Shown here one piece after another: positions 37,198 to 50,263 of a stretch of 64,000 bases of DNA. The stretch is from Nemertoderma westbladi (taxonomy: Eukaryota; Animalia; Xenacoelomorpha). The translations under genes and the position numbers were made by a program. The notes beneath the pieces were generated by a model that was given only the letters and a program-made list of their open reading frames with translations, was not told the DNA's origin and searched no databases. The stretch is taken from positions 1 to 64,000 of the forward strand of contig JAUCBJ010001381.1 in NCBI GenBank assembly GCA_032718475.1, read 5' to 3'. Position 1 is the stretch's first letter, and each line of letters opens with the position of its first letter.

Positions 37198-37509
37198 TAT
37201 TTGTTACTGCAGTAATAAATAATTGTTACTGCAGTAGAAATTATTAATTACTGCAGTAATAAATAAAAATTATTTTTTACTGCAGTATGAATTATTTGTT
37301 ACTGCAGTAAAAAAAACTTTTATTTATTACTGCAGTAATAAATAATTGTTACTGCAGTAATAAATAATTGTTACTGCAGTAATAAATATTTGTTACTGCA
37401 GTAACAAATAATTATTGCTGCAGTAATAAATATTTGCTACTGCAGTAATAAATATTTGCTACTGCAGTAGCAAATAAATGTTACTGCAGTAATAAATAAT
37501 TGTTACTGC
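37198..37509. repeat. ~21-bp satellite built on the palindrome TTACTGCAGTAA
   Basis: About 14 copies of TTACTGCAGTAATAAATAATTG-like units. Confidence 0.9.
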
Positions 37510-40500
37510 TGTCCGGAATATTTCGGAATCCCGGACATCGAAAATATCACAGACCGAAAGAAAACATGTATTTCTTGCTTGCTAGTATATTACTCAGTTC
37601 GTATATATATCAGTATATGATAGGATAACGTACATACATAAATGTCAGATAACACAAAACTAAAACAGTAAAAACTAAAAGCACGGTGTACTCTACTGCC
37701 GTACTGCCTGACTGAACTACCAACTGAAAGCACCCAGCTGATCATCCTAAATACAGTATATTTGGGACACACTGGGCCCCAGAGAAAATACATATTTGCA
37801 CAACAGATACTTAGCTTCATGGATAAGACAAAACTAGTAAGACACAAATATGTTTACATAGAAAATTGATTAAAAATATCTTTCAAATATAAATTCAATC
37901 GCTTTCACCTTCACTTTCACTTTCATAGACTTGCATAATTTTACGTCTTGCGTCAATAGCAGCTTTACGTTTCGGTCGAACTACATCAGCTGTTTCAACC
38001 GTAGTTTCGGTCGAAGTCAATGTGGGTGTAGGGTCATGAACATCAGGGCACTCCAAGGGATAAAGACGCTTGATTGGCCTTACACAACTACCATTCTTAG
38101 TCCTTAATGTCACTGATCGTACATGACCATCTATACCTTTATGTAACTCGATGACCTTTCCTAATGACCACTGCATACGAGGTATCTTGTCACCAATCAA
38201 TACAACATCGCCGATATTTGGAGATCATATAATTTCCTTGGCTGTACCCCGATGAAACTCGCGTAATGTTGACAAATAATCCTTATTCCACAGACACCAT
38301 GCTCGATTAAGAATGTTCTCAAGATATTGATGGCGTTCGATTAGCCCCTCTCGAATTCCGAACGGAGGATCATTATTCAGATTGTTACTCTCTTCAATAT
38401 CGACAGGATATCCTGAGATGCGATGTCCGATGAGTAGCATAGAGGGTGTTAAGGGTTCTACTTCTCCAACGTTAGAACTAACATAGGTTAATGGCCGGTC
38501 GTTCATCATTGCTTCAACCTCTGTTACAATGTTCTGCAGAGCCTCGAAATCGATAATGCGACGTCCTAATGCCCTCTTCAAAATACTTTTCCCTATTCCG
38601 ATCAATCGCTCGTAGAGCCCTCCAAACCAAGGAGAATACGGAGGGATGAATTCCCAAGAACAACGTTGTGATAAGAGGTAACTCTGAACTGATGAGTCAC
38701 CTTGTAAGTCTCGTAAATCTAGGTCAGCACCAATGAATGTGGTTGAATTGTCACTTATAAAACGCGACGGACATCCTCTACGCGCTATAAATCTACGTAG
38801 CGCACATAATAAAGTTTTGACTGAATTGTCCCGTACGACTTCCCAATGGACAGCCCTAGATGAAGCGCACGTAAAAAGAACAAGGTATGCCTTAACAATT
38901 TCGTTGCATTCTTCCACTTGTAAAGCGCCTGTATAATCAACACCAGTTGTGTTGAAGGGCCGAGACACCTGGACACGATAGGCAGGTAAGGGAGGAATGG
39001 GAACTGATGAATAAGACGGTCCTTGAACACGAATGCAATTTTTACAACTACGGACTAAGGAGTTTACTCTCTGTCTGATACGAGGAATCCACCAGTTTTG
39101 TCTAATATGCATAATAGTCTGAGAAGCTCCCACATGCATGTGACGATAATGGAAATCCAAGATGATAAGTCGGTAATCCTATGTTTAGAAGGCAACAAAA
39201 TTGGAAATTTCGTGTTCCAATTTAAATCAGCGTAATCAATGCGACCCTTACTACGAATTATATTAGTGTCATCTAAGAAAAGTTGTAGTTGTTTTACAAG
39301 CACTGGTGTTCGTCTAAAACCCATGGGCTTATTTCCCTTTGTCGTAAGGAAATCCAAGACTTCAGTGAAAGTCTCACATTGGATTCTATGTACCCAATAA
39401 GTTTCGGCTGCCTTAATGTCATTAACACCGAGAACAGGAGCAATATTACAATAAGAGCTACTGTGACATTTGAGATTACGGACGAATCTCAGAATCCAGG
39501 CAGATACTCGTAATAAACGACTGTAGTCGCTATAATCGGCTGGGTTTAAGACATCGGTAATAACATTCCTTTCTCCATCTCCAAGAATGCTGGTAATCTT
39601 ATCGTTGTCGTTCTTCTCAGCATCAATAAGGTTACTAGCAACAGAAGCTATTACCACGGAATTTGGCCAACTGGTACAATCTGGTAACCAATCTGGGCCA
39701 TATTTCCACAAATCAGAAATAATAAACTTGGAATAATTGATACCCCTTGTTAAAAGATCACTTGGATTGTCATTCGTATCCACATGTTTGAATGTAGTAG
39801 TAGGTAGTAATTCTCGAATTTCTGAAACTCGATTACGTACATACGGTTTATCCAGTTTGATTGACTGTAACCAACATAGAGCAATAGTGCTGTCAGACCA
39901 TAGGAAAAGACAACCGCATAAAAATTCCTTGTAATAAATATTAGAAACGTAAGTTAATAGTCTAGCTCCAACTAAAATGGCAGTCAATTCCAACTGCGGC
40001 AAAGTGAGGCTGCCACTGGCTAAACGTTCAACACTCTTAACCGGAGTAACACGTGCCTTGGCTGTTACTAAAGCAGAACCATTGCTGTTAACCATGTAAA
40101 CAACGGCACCATAAGCCTTAGTTGATGCATCACAAAAGCAATGAAAATCAGTTTGGTCTGATAGTGGCAACATTCTAGGCATGGAGAAGGCGGATAATAG
40201 ATTCAAATCACAAACTAATTTTGACCAATCACGAGCCAGATTACTAGGAATGACGTCATCCCATTTCAAATTTAATTTCCAGAGTTCTTGAATTAGCATT
40301 TTAGAACGAATAGTAACCGGAACTAACCACCCATAAGGATCATATATCTTTGGAGCAGAACTAACAACATGGCGTTTTGTCAGTTTGTCAATGTCAGGAA
40401 CGTCAATTTTGCGGGTTGGAAAACCTAAGGTGTCTGCATTAATATTCCAATTAATACCAAAAATCAAGGCGTCAGGTTTGTCAGTTGTAGGACCGTCACC

Positions 40501-43500
40501 ATTCAGTCTAATAATGTTACTCAATTTCGGTGAATTTGTGAACCATTGTCGCAAAGGAAACCCACCTTCCCTTAAAATAGCGCGACTTTGAATGTAAAAA
40601 TCAATAAGTCGATCTTCGGATACCTCTGTATCCTGTAAATTGTCTACATACATATTTTGCAAAATTATTTTTGCAATAGGAGCATTACACTGTTTAAGGT
40701 GATGTTGAATAGTTGAGTTCAACAAAAATTGGCTACAGTTTGCACCAAATAAAACCACTTTAAATCTATAAGTCAAAATTGGACTATTAAGATCAAATGG
40801 ATCTTTAGGCCAAAGAAATCTAGTGACGTCACGGTCTATTTCGGCTAACACTATTTGAAAATAAGCCTTTTCAATATCAGAAATAGCACAGAAATTATGA
40901 ATACGAAAACGTAACAATAAATCATACAGTAGTTGATTTGTAGGCGGACCAGTTAACAAACAATCATTTAAACTGACATTGTTTTTACCGCTACCAGAAG
41001 AACAATCATACACTATACGTAAAGGAGTAGTGGCGGATTGCGGTTTTTCTACACCGTGGTGTGGTATATAGTGCACCAGATTACCGCTACGAGTGATTCC
41101 ATTGGATACAAAAATATCATCAACAGGAACTAATTCAATGAAATTTCTAGTTAACTGCTCATTAACTAAGTTATTGTAACAAGTTAGAAAGTCTGGGTTT
41201 CTACGTAATTTATTTAATGTAGATTCTAACCGTTTTCTACATAAACCGTAGTTTAGTGATAAATGGGCGTGGTTTTGTAACCATGGCAACCTTGTAATGT
41301 ACATACCATCACTATATTCAATGCTATTATTAAATTCAAGAATAGCTGTTTCGTGATCAAAATTGGTAGCATTCATATTAATACCAATTTCATCTAAACT
41401 CCACAAACGTTCTAAACATACAGAAACGTCATTACATTGGAGACATAATTCACTTGGTTTAACATTGCAATATTCAAAATTATGATTTACACTAATGCCA
41501 ATGTGCATAACAGAAATAACGTTATTTTGTATATGTGTATCAGAAATCTTACCAGAATGTACATTTCCTACTATGATATTACCCAAATTGGATGGTAATA
41601 CATTTACGTCATTTATAACATTATCATTGTAAACAAAATTGAAATACTGATCACTACCAATAAGTAAACAAATATTGGAAATGGAATCCCCACGGCAAGG
41701 ATCCGCTAAACTAAATCCTTGTAATGTAAACCGATCGACGATCGCGGAATGGCCCGGAGTCGACAAACGAGGCAATCTATCAACTAAAATAGCGTTTGTT
41801 TCCACGAAACCATCTGAGGTTTCAACGTTAAATGAAACTACATCGTACCATTGACACAATCCGTCACTATTAATCCCATCGATACCGATCCAAATCCGTT
41901 CCACAATAGGAAGATGTAATGATTCAGCAGCTTGGCGGAGCAATAGAGTACGTTGCGAGCCTTGATCGAAAAGCGCCCGCAACTTATAGGTACGACGATT
42001 ATTATCGCTAATAACCGGAACTACGGCAGTCGGTAGTAGCGTTGAATGGTTATCGGTAACCAGAGTAGAAAAGGAGACGGAGGCAACACTTCCCTTTGAA
42101 CCACTAGATGCAGTCGGTTGTCGGTTTGTGTCTCTAGAGCTAGATGCTTGGGATTGTAATAACGTGGAACCGTGAAGCACTGTATGATGGCGACTGTTAC
42201 AAACGAAACAATTTTGAGTCGAACACTTCGATAAGTTCGAATGTTCCGGTTTTAAACAGTTGGTACACAGCTTTAATTCATTGAAGCATTGAAGCATTGT
42301 AATTCATTGTGCTTTCTTATCAGGCGTTTTATATATATCGCAGAAACGAACGCTATGCTCACCCTTACACAGGAAGCATTTTATCGGCCTTATAGGTCTA
42401 TTAGTGAACGTCTTCGATGATGGAGATGAGACGGAGAACGAACCGGTGGTTCCGCCTCTGACGTCTTCCGGAGAAAACCTCTTCTTGTCGACCCAACCTC
42501 CCTTTCCCTTCGAAGAAATTGTTGGCTGGGATTCTAGCGAAGTTAACTGCTCGATCTCCTCTTGAAGAGCTTTACGTAGTTCGTCAAGGGTCCAATATGA
42601 AGTTCGAGCCGCACGATTAATGTTATCTCGGATTTTGGCGGGAAGTTTCCTCAACAAAATTTCAGAATAGACATATCCCGCCTCTTCCACATTACCACCG
42701 AGATTCCTAATGCCACGTATCTGAGCCTCGTACATAGCTCGGAACGCAGCAAGTTCCCGAGATGACGCACCCGGGGACTCCAAATCTAGAAGTAGATGTA
42801 AACGCGACCGCATAATTAATTGCGGTTTACCGAACGATTCGCGTAGTAACTGGACAGCTTCCTCGTAATCTTCGTTCGATCTTTGGAAGTTGTCGACTAG
42901 TCTGGCAGCATCTCCGCTGAGCTGCCCTTCTAGGTAGGAAAACTTCGTCGCCCCAGCTAAATCAGAACAGCTATGAACGGCGTCGTTAAATCTATCCCAA
43001 AAGTTAGTCCAGTCGACTGGATTGCCACTGAAAACCGGAAGCTTTAATACCGGAAGCTTCTGAGTTTTATGAGGGTTTGTAGAGGACGCACCTGATGTAT
43101 TATGATTGTGAGGATGTTGTGGTTGGCCCATATCATCGTGTGATAAGTTCTTCTTGCCCTCCCCCGGGTTATATCTGCACCGACCACAATTGATGCTAAA
43201 CTCCAATATGATATGATAAGAATAACAAACATACATATAATAATTAAGCAACAATAATTTCATTAATCACAGACTTATGTCACCATTGTAAATACCGATA
43301 GGCTACCAACTAATTAGCATTAGGCCTACATAAATAATTATTGCAGTAATCGGGTATACACTATTCCCCTTACATCCTCCCTCACAGGCAAAAGATCGGC
43401 TCGATCTTTACATTTACAAATAAAATTTACTTTCAGTTTAAAATTACACAACTGATTAAACAACTGATAACAATGGTAATATGAATCAATCATAAAACTA

Positions 43501-43630
43501 TACTCTTTCATCTAACAAAATTTCTTAACTTTAAATTAATAAACTTTCATTTTATACCATAAACAAATAATCAACTTACTACATACTGTATAATGTAATG
43601 TCAACAATAATCAACTTGTTTCCTTTATTT

Positions 43631-43849
43631 TTATTTACAATCACTACAGTACCATGTTTCTTCCGCAGGTTCATCAATAATACCGACACAATGAAAATGG
43701 AACCAATCAAAACAACGGTCACAACTTATCATTGATGGACCTTCTATAAACCATGGAATGCCACAAATCGGGCAAGGGTAAATTTCTGATTCATCTACAC
43801 CGTGATCGGTTATGGGTTTATGAGTACGATAGTTTAACACTGCGACCAC
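43631..43849 (-). CDS. PHD finger immediately downstream of and overlapping the Gypsy integrase end (+1 frame)
   Basis: CPIC..MISCDRCFDWFHFHCVGI..WYCSDC matches the C4HC3 PHD consensus. Confidence 0.85.
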   Translation of the reverse strand: MVAVLNYRTHKPITDHGVDESEIYPCPICGIPWFIEGPSMISCDRCFDWFHFHCVGIIDEPAEETWYCSDCK

Positions 43850-46800
43850 TCACAGGAATATTGGTAGGCAATGACGGTAAGTACGGTCCTACTCTAAGAC
43901 GCACATCATCCCTACTAATAACTCTAGTTTTATTATCACATAAACCATTTATATGCGTAATAGTAACATTCTTATTATCAATGTGGGTAACACGAAAAGG
44001 ACCCACAAACTTTGGTGCCAATTTACGATCAGTACCAGGATTAATGGAATGATTTTTGGCCCAAACAATATCACCCTCTGATATGACCTGATCCTTAACT
44101 TTTCGGTCAAAATTACGTTTCTGAGTAATTTGTGATTTCGCAATACACTTTCTAGCCAAATGCCATACTGATGACATTTGCTCTCCAATTAATTTTGCTC
44201 TTAAATCTGGTGTAAATTTTTCACCTTCAGGTAAAATAAAATTATCTGCTGGGCGCCTGGCCTCAAAACCATGCAAACAATAAAAAGGTGTTTGCCCAGT
44301 GGACGAATGAACAGTTAAATTGTATGCAAATTGCGCAATGGGTAATACTACATCCCAATCCCTTGATTTATGGTCAGTTAGAGAACGCAAAAGTCTAGTC
44401 ATAGTTTGTATCGTCCGCTCAGCCAGCCCATCTGACTGTGGATGGTAAGGTACCGTAAAAACCTTCCTTGTTAAACAACGTTGCGCAATTTCCTCAACCA
44501 GCTTTGATCTGAAATTCGGACCCTGGTCGGATAATAATATTTCAGGCGCTCCATACCGTAGCACAATCCGGTGCATAAACGCATCCGCTGTCGACTTAGC
44601 GCTGCCATCACACAAAGGAACAAACTCTGCATACTTTGTTAGATAGTCTATAAAGATAGCAATGTAGGTATTACAATTATCGGTGGGTACAAAAGCCCCC
44701 ATTAAGTCGACCCCAACCCTTTCAAAGGGTCTCTCCACTTCTATTGATTCCAATTCATGTCTTGTTCGTAGGTTACGAGTAGTAGCACACTTGGAACAAG
44801 ACTTATAATGGTTATTCACCTCACTATACATACCAGGCCAGTAATAAAATTTCAGTAGCGATTCATACACTTTAGAAGTTGCAAAATGACCAGACGAGTT
44901 ATCACCATGGTATGCATGTAAAATATCACCTCGTAAGGATTCTGGAACTACAGTTAACAGTCGAATTTTATGACTATCTTTAGACTTAAATCTATAATAA
45001 AGAACTCCGTTACTAAGTTCATAATTAGTTGCCTCCAAAACAATTCTTCTAGCTGCTTTCAATTGTATTGGTAAAGTACCATCTTCTAAATAATTGATTA
45101 TACACTTGAGTTTATTATCATTTCTTTGTTTTACAGATATATCTACTTTGAATGAATGAACATCAACTTCATCTTCAATAACAATCTCTGATACCTCAAC
45201 TGAAGACACAACTTTATCCAATGGACAGTTACCATTTTCCTTCTCCGAACAACACAAAGGGACTAGTCGACTCAATGCATCTGCATCTCTATTTTTTATT
45301 CCAGGTCTATATCGAATTTCACAGTTGAATTGACTCAACCAAAGTGCCCATCGAGCTAAACGACCCTCCAACTGTTTGGCAGTTAATAAACTGGTAAGTG
45401 CAGAATGATCGGTATAAACTGTAAACTTTCTCCCATATAGGTAAGGTCGAAAATGTTTAATTGCCCACACAACTCCAAGACATTCAAGATCACTTATAGA
45501 ATAATTATGTTCACTCCCTTGTAGAGTACGAGAAGCATAAGCCACAGGTTGTACACGACTACTATCATTAACTTGAGCTAACACAGCTCCCAACCCACTC
45601 CGAGAAGCATCAGTATGTAACAGAAAGTCGGCATTAAAATCCGCATGTGCAAGGCATGGTGGATTTGATAAAGCTTGTTTAATATCGTCCATCGCAGCTT
45701 GTTGCTCCTCTCCCCAAGTAAACCGTATGTTATCCTTCATCAACGATGTCAGTGCTTTCATTCTGTTTGCACAATGTGGTATATAGATTCTATAATAGGA
45801 TGCCAAACCAGTAAACATCCTAATCTCCTTCTTACTTGTTAAAGGTTTAATATTCAACAGCTGACTAACTTTCTCTGGATCTGGGTATCGTCCATTTACA
45901 TCAATAACATGACCCAAATATACTATACTCGGCATTGAAAATTTACATTTTGAAATCTTCAACTTAATTCCAACTTTACCCAAAGCCTCCAAGATTATAT
46001 CTAATCTCTGTATGTGCTCCAATGCACTAAATGCGAACACCAATATATCATCCAGGTAAACTAAACATATGATATATTGCAAACCAGAAAGAGTCATATC
46101 CATCATTCTTTGAAATGTAGGTGGTGCATTACATAGCCCATATGGCATGCGTTTAAACTGATACAATCCCAAATGTGTACCAAATGCAGTTTTACAACGA
46201 TCCTCCGACGCAATCTCAACAGTCCAATAAGCTGAATATGTATCTAATAAAGAACAATATAAACGTTTTGTGTCTGTAGGTTGTGGACCAATACAGTCAA
46301 TTAATTCTTGAATAGATGGCAAAGGATATGCATCTTTATGCGTCACTGCATTTAGTGGTCGAAAATCAATGCAGAACCTCAGCTCACCCCCTTTTTTCAA
46401 GGCAAAGACTGGACGAAATTGCCAAGGACTCTCTGAATGCTCTATGACATCCTTCTCTAGCATAGATTTTACATGTTCTTCAACTACAGGCCACTGCGAC
46501 CTTGGAACCCTATGTCCCCGAACCTTGATTGGACTAGCATCTCCCGTATTTATGTGATGTTGCACCCCTTTCACCAATCCCAAATCTAACTCATGTTGAG
46601 CAAAAACATCGCGGTGTTTATAAAGAACATCAGTTAATTTATCTTTCATTGACTCATCACTGTACTCATCCTCCTCAATATGTAATCGAGATATAAACTC
46701 ACCTCTAGACCAGGTTTTACGAGACTTCTCTCCCACTGGCATAGACATTATATTTTCATCATCTTCTGTAACAGAATAATCAGCTGTATTTTTAATACTT

Positions 46801-48959
46801 AGGCAATCAACTGACCCCAACTTGGTATGTTTATTAATCCTTATAGGAAATTCATTCAGATTCATTACCTGTACGGGAATACGCTGCAGATCATCTGGAT
46901 ATGAAATTGCAGTTGCAGCACAAACTCCATGTCGTTTATTTACATTCACACCTTGAGTAAATAATAATGGTTGTTTATTCGAGATAGGCAATGGTGAACT
47001 GAGCTCCCCTGATATCATCAAACGACTTCGTGGTGGTATAGTTACTATCTCGTTACACCACACAGCAGACACTGATCCATCACCCATTGGTCTCGATATT
47101 GTCTCTGTGGCAACGTCTTGCCCATTAACTATTAATACCATTTCTCCGCAAAAATTCCATTTCAATCCGCACTCAAATGCTCCTAATATATCCAGACCAA
47201 TTAGAAATTCATGACTCGGCTTCCTATTAACTTGTAATTCTACCAAATGTTCTACTCCACCCAAACACATTTTTATTTTTACACAACCCACAATATCTAG
47301 TGGATGCCCAGAAGCTGACTTTGTTTCAAAATATGGTTTCCTCAACTCAAACTTCATTGAACTGCATGATTGTATTTCTTCCAATACATCACTAGAAATT
47401 ATAGATATTTCGCTCCCAGTATCAACAAAAGCTCTCTTAGGAATACCCTCCAAACTCGAAAAAACAAAGCAACGTCTTAAGCATTGACCCTTCAATTGTA
47501 AATTAAATGATTTCTTCTGCTCAATTGTAACTGCAGATGAAGTAATAGGCTCTAGTTTGGATTTAACATCTACCATTTCATCATCCCTATAATCATCTTG
47601 GGTAAGATTTAATTTATCGAAGCCAACTTGAACTAAACTACAACCAGTTTCTTTAGAGGTAGATTCACGACAATTATCATTAGATTTGCTACTATGCTTC
47701 AATTTTTCCTTAAAACAGTCCATCTTTCGGTGCCCCAATTTTCCACAACCATAACACTTTACTGGGTTTCTACAATCTTTGGCCATATGCCCAATTCTAC
47801 TACAATTAAAACAAGTAATCTTCGGTTTTGTTGAACTCGAGTCAGAATAATTACTTGAGATTGGTTTAGAATTGCCCCTAATTGCATTTGTCTCCACTTC
47901 ATTTGTGTTAACAATTGATTTGACAACTGTATTTGAAAGTTCCATATCTAAAGCATAAGCTTTTCGAAATAACTCTTTCCAGGTTGATTGCACATTCAAT
48001 CGTCGCCATCCTCGAAGTCTTCCACTCAACTCACAACGAACATTAGATGCAAAGAAATCCTGCAGTATAGACTCTTCTCCATTCCCATCGAACTGTTCCC
48101 TACGACGGCGAACAGCCATCATGAATCGCTCTACGAATTCCGGCAAAGACTCATTGATCCCTTGTTTACATGTTGCTATATTAGAAGCTGTATTCTCCTT
48201 ATGATCAGATAATAAATCAATAACAGCTTTCTTCAATGACAGATAATCACTTCTGTCATCCTCTTCTAATGTTTCCTCCAACATCGTGTGTAAACGACCA
48301 ACTTTAGCCAGTAAACGATCCCTACGTTCATCCTGTGGAACCCTAGAGTCATCCATAATTCGATCATAATAATCATCAAACCATGTTTGTATAGACATCT
48401 TCTTTGGGTCGAAAGGTGGTATGGTCTCTGATAACTTCGTGCAGCGATGTATCTGGTGAGCACCTGTTCCTCTACTACCCCGGCCACTATCATCACCATG
48501 GTCACGGCGACCACTATTTGGTTCATTTGCAGTGTCTCTTTCATTCGATAGCATATCCTGAAGTTCTCTAAAACGACTATCTTCAGTCACCTTATGACTC
48601 TCCATTAAATTGGAAAAGAACTCATTTTGTTGCATAGCCATTGCTCTAGAATGTTCCTGCATAAATTGGTATTGTCTATCCATCATTGCTGTCGTCTGTT
48701 GTTGCATCAACTCGGCTTGATTCAACATCATTTGTTTAAACATCTCCATCATTCCCCATGTTGATTCACCCTTACCAGAAGCGACACTACCGTCATCTTC
48801 TTTGTTAAGTTGCTGACCATGACCTTGACTTTGACCCTGGCCCTTCTTGGTCGGGTCGTCCTTCTTCGACATTTGTTTGGCAGCTTCAATATCCTTGTGA
48901 TATTGACGACGTACGTCTAGTGGGTTTTGACGAGTTATCCTCTTCTCCAGTTTAAACAA
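43818..48959 (-). CDS. Gypsy gag-pol polyprotein (1713 aa)
   Basis: Two CCHC knuckles, VDTGS, YLDD, TDAS, HHCC, GVDLMG/SDQG/GLAER, GPF motif. No internal stops. Confidence 0.95.
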   Translation of the reverse strand: MFKLEKRITRQNPLDVRRQYHKDIEAAKQMSKKDDPTKKGQGQSQGHGQQLNKEDDGSVASGKGESTWGMMEMFKQMMLNQAELMQQQTTAMMDRQYQFMQEHSRAMAMQQNEFFSNLMESHKVTEDSRFRELQDMLSNERDTANEPNSGRRDHGDDSGRGSRGTGAHQIHRCTKLSETIPPFDPKKMSIQTWFDDYYDRIMDDSRVPQDERRDRLLAKVGRLHTMLEETLEEDDRSDYLSLKKAVIDLLSDHKENTASNIATCKQGINESLPEFVERFMMAVRRRREQFDGNGEESILQDFFASNVRCELSGRLRGWRRLNVQSTWKELFRKAYALDMELSNTVVKSIVNTNEVETNAIRGNSKPISSNYSDSSSTKPKITCFNCSRIGHMAKDCRNPVKCYGCGKLGHRKMDCFKEKLKHSSKSNDNCRESTSKETGCSLVQVGFDKLNLTQDDYRDDEMVDVKSKLEPITSSAVTIEQKKSFNLQLKGQCLRRCFVFSSLEGIPKRAFVDTGSEISIISSDVLEEIQSCSSMKFELRKPYFETKSASGHPLDIVGCVKIKMCLGGVEHLVELQVNRKPSHEFLIGLDILGAFECGLKWNFCGEMVLIVNGQDVATETISRPMGDGSVSAVWCNEIVTIPPRSRLMISGELSSPLPISNKQPLLFTQGVNVNKRHGVCAATAISYPDDLQRIPVQVMNLNEFPIRINKHTKLGSVDCLSIKNTADYSVTEDDENIMSMPVGEKSRKTWSRGEFISRLHIEEDEYSDESMKDKLTDVLYKHRDVFAQHELDLGLVKGVQHHINTGDASPIKVRGHRVPRSQWPVVEEHVKSMLEKDVIEHSESPWQFRPVFALKKGGELRFCIDFRPLNAVTHKDAYPLPSIQELIDCIGPQPTDTKRLYCSLLDTYSAYWTVEIASEDRCKTAFGTHLGLYQFKRMPYGLCNAPPTFQRMMDMTLSGLQYIICLVYLDDILVFAFSALEHIQRLDIILEALGKVGIKLKISKCKFSMPSIVYLGHVIDVNGRYPDPEKVSQLLNIKPLTSKKEIRMFTGLASYYRIYIPHCANRMKALTSLMKDNIRFTWGEEQQAAMDDIKQALSNPPCLAHADFNADFLLHTDASRSGLGAVLAQVNDSSRVQPVAYASRTLQGSEHNYSISDLECLGVVWAIKHFRPYLYGRKFTVYTDHSALTSLLTAKQLEGRLARWALWLSQFNCEIRYRPGIKNRDADALSRLVPLCCSEKENGNCPLDKVVSSVEVSEIVIEDEVDVHSFKVDISVKQRNDNKLKCIINYLEDGTLPIQLKAARRIVLEATNYELSNGVLYYRFKSKDSHKIRLLTVVPESLRGDILHAYHGDNSSGHFATSKVYESLLKFYYWPGMYSEVNNHYKSCSKCATTRNLRTRHELESIEVERPFERVGVDLMGAFVPTDNCNTYIAIFIDYLTKYAEFVPLCDGSAKSTADAFMHRIVLRYGAPEILLSDQGPNFRSKLVEEIAQRCLTRKVFTVPYHPQSDGLAERTIQTMTRLLRSLTDHKSRDWDVVLPIAQFAYNLTVHSSTGQTPFYCLHGFEARRPADNFILPEGEKFTPDLRAKLIGEQMSSVWHLARKCIAKSQITQKRNFDRKVKDQVISEGDIVWAKNHSINPGTDRKLAPKFVGPFRVTHIDNKNVTITHINGLCDNKTRVISRDDVRLRVGPYLPSLPTNIPVSGRSVKLSYS

Positions 48960-50263
48960 AAAAACAACAACAACTGAAATGGCTGGCGATCATAAGCCTG
49001 TGAAACTCCAATCCATTAAATTAAACGCTGTTCTCCAGTGGATGCAGTTGGTGGGACCTCCATGTGATAAGTTCTTCTTGCCCTCCCCCGGGTTATATCT
49101 GCACCGACCACAATTGATGCTAAACTCCAATATGATATGATAAGAATAACAAACATACATATAATAATTAAGCAACAATAATTTCATTAATCACAGACTT
49201 ATGTCACCATTGTAAATACCGATAGGCTACCAACTAATTAGCATTAGGCCTACATAAATAATTATTGCAGTAATCGGGTATACACTATTCCCCTTACAAT
49301 CGAATTGACCATGATAATCACCAGAATTGAAACGATTGTTGTCCTCTCTAATTCGTATGAACTTCTCACAACGTCGTATTGTGGAAGAAATTCGCATATC
49401 GTCCTTGGAATTCGTTTCTATATCCGCAGCAATGACGTCAGCCTCGACAATATGAGAATATATTTCCTCGTTGACATCGTTCAACTTCGATTGTTGAACT
49501 CGAAGAGCCTCGATAACATCCCGGATCGTGTCGACATCCGGATCGGTTACAAACTCCCTAGTGGCTGCGTCAACATAGATTAAACCATCGAGTTGAGTCA
49601 TTAGTCGAGACGCTACCGACTTGTGACCTCGTCGCTTATTTTTCAGGTGTCGTAAGGTGTCAGCATCCATGTCCATCACGCTATTACGTTGCCGTTAAAT
49701 CGGGATCCGTTGACCCAATACGCAAGCCTGATTGCTGACTACTGGACTAGCAGACAAGTCTGCTACTGCTAGTGCTGCGGTAAAACGATTAGGCTCTACC
49801 GGTATTACCGGTAAGAGTTATTAAATTGTCAGGACGACACTTTCCGGGCGAGTCCCGGGTCACCGCACCAAATGTCCGGAATATTTCGGAATCCCGGACA
49901 TCGAAAATATCACAGACCTAAAGAAAACATGTATTTCTTGCTTGCTAGTATATTACTCAGTTCGTATATATATCAGTATATGATAGGATAACGTACATAC
50001 ATAAACTGATAAATGTCAGATAACACAAAACTAAAACAGTAAAAACTAAAAGCACGGTGTACTCTACTGCCGTACTGCCTGACTGAACTACCAACTGAAA
50101 GCACCCAGCTGATCATCCTAAATACAGTATATTTGGGACACACTGGGCCCCAGAGAAAATACATATTTGCACAACAGATACTTAGCTTCATGGATAAGAC
50201 AAAACTAGTAAGACACAAATGTTTACATAGAAATTTGATTAAAAATATCTTTCAAATATAAAT

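Larger units (their letters stand above)
43139..49298 (-). mobile_element. Full-length Gypsy LTR retrotransposon nested in BEL gag
   Basis: 236-bp LTRs 43139-43374 and 49063-49298. 4-bp TSD ATCG, with the empty site visible in BEL copy 2 at ~55458. PBS TGGAGGTCCCACC (tRNA-Gln). PPT GAGGGAGGA. Confidence 0.97.
37895..49679 (-). pseudogene. BEL gag-pol copy 1, disrupted by a Gypsy insertion, a small complex insertion, a frameshift and a TGA
   Basis: FSGNPVDW gag, FDQGS protease, YVDN RT, CDAS RNase H, GVDYTG/SDN/GGLYER integrase. Breaks at 43139-49298, ~42290, ~39165 and 38225. Confidence 0.9.

Noticed and set aside
15399-43838. Three +1 frame junctions (~16037, ~15400, ~43833) each contain in-frame NTT-AAA-C, suggesting programmed frameshifting
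   Set aside because: The same in-frame motif occurs without a shift several times in intact pol regions (AIKH, QFKR, MFKQ, LKQ). Exact shift points are unknown, and indels are expected from decay.
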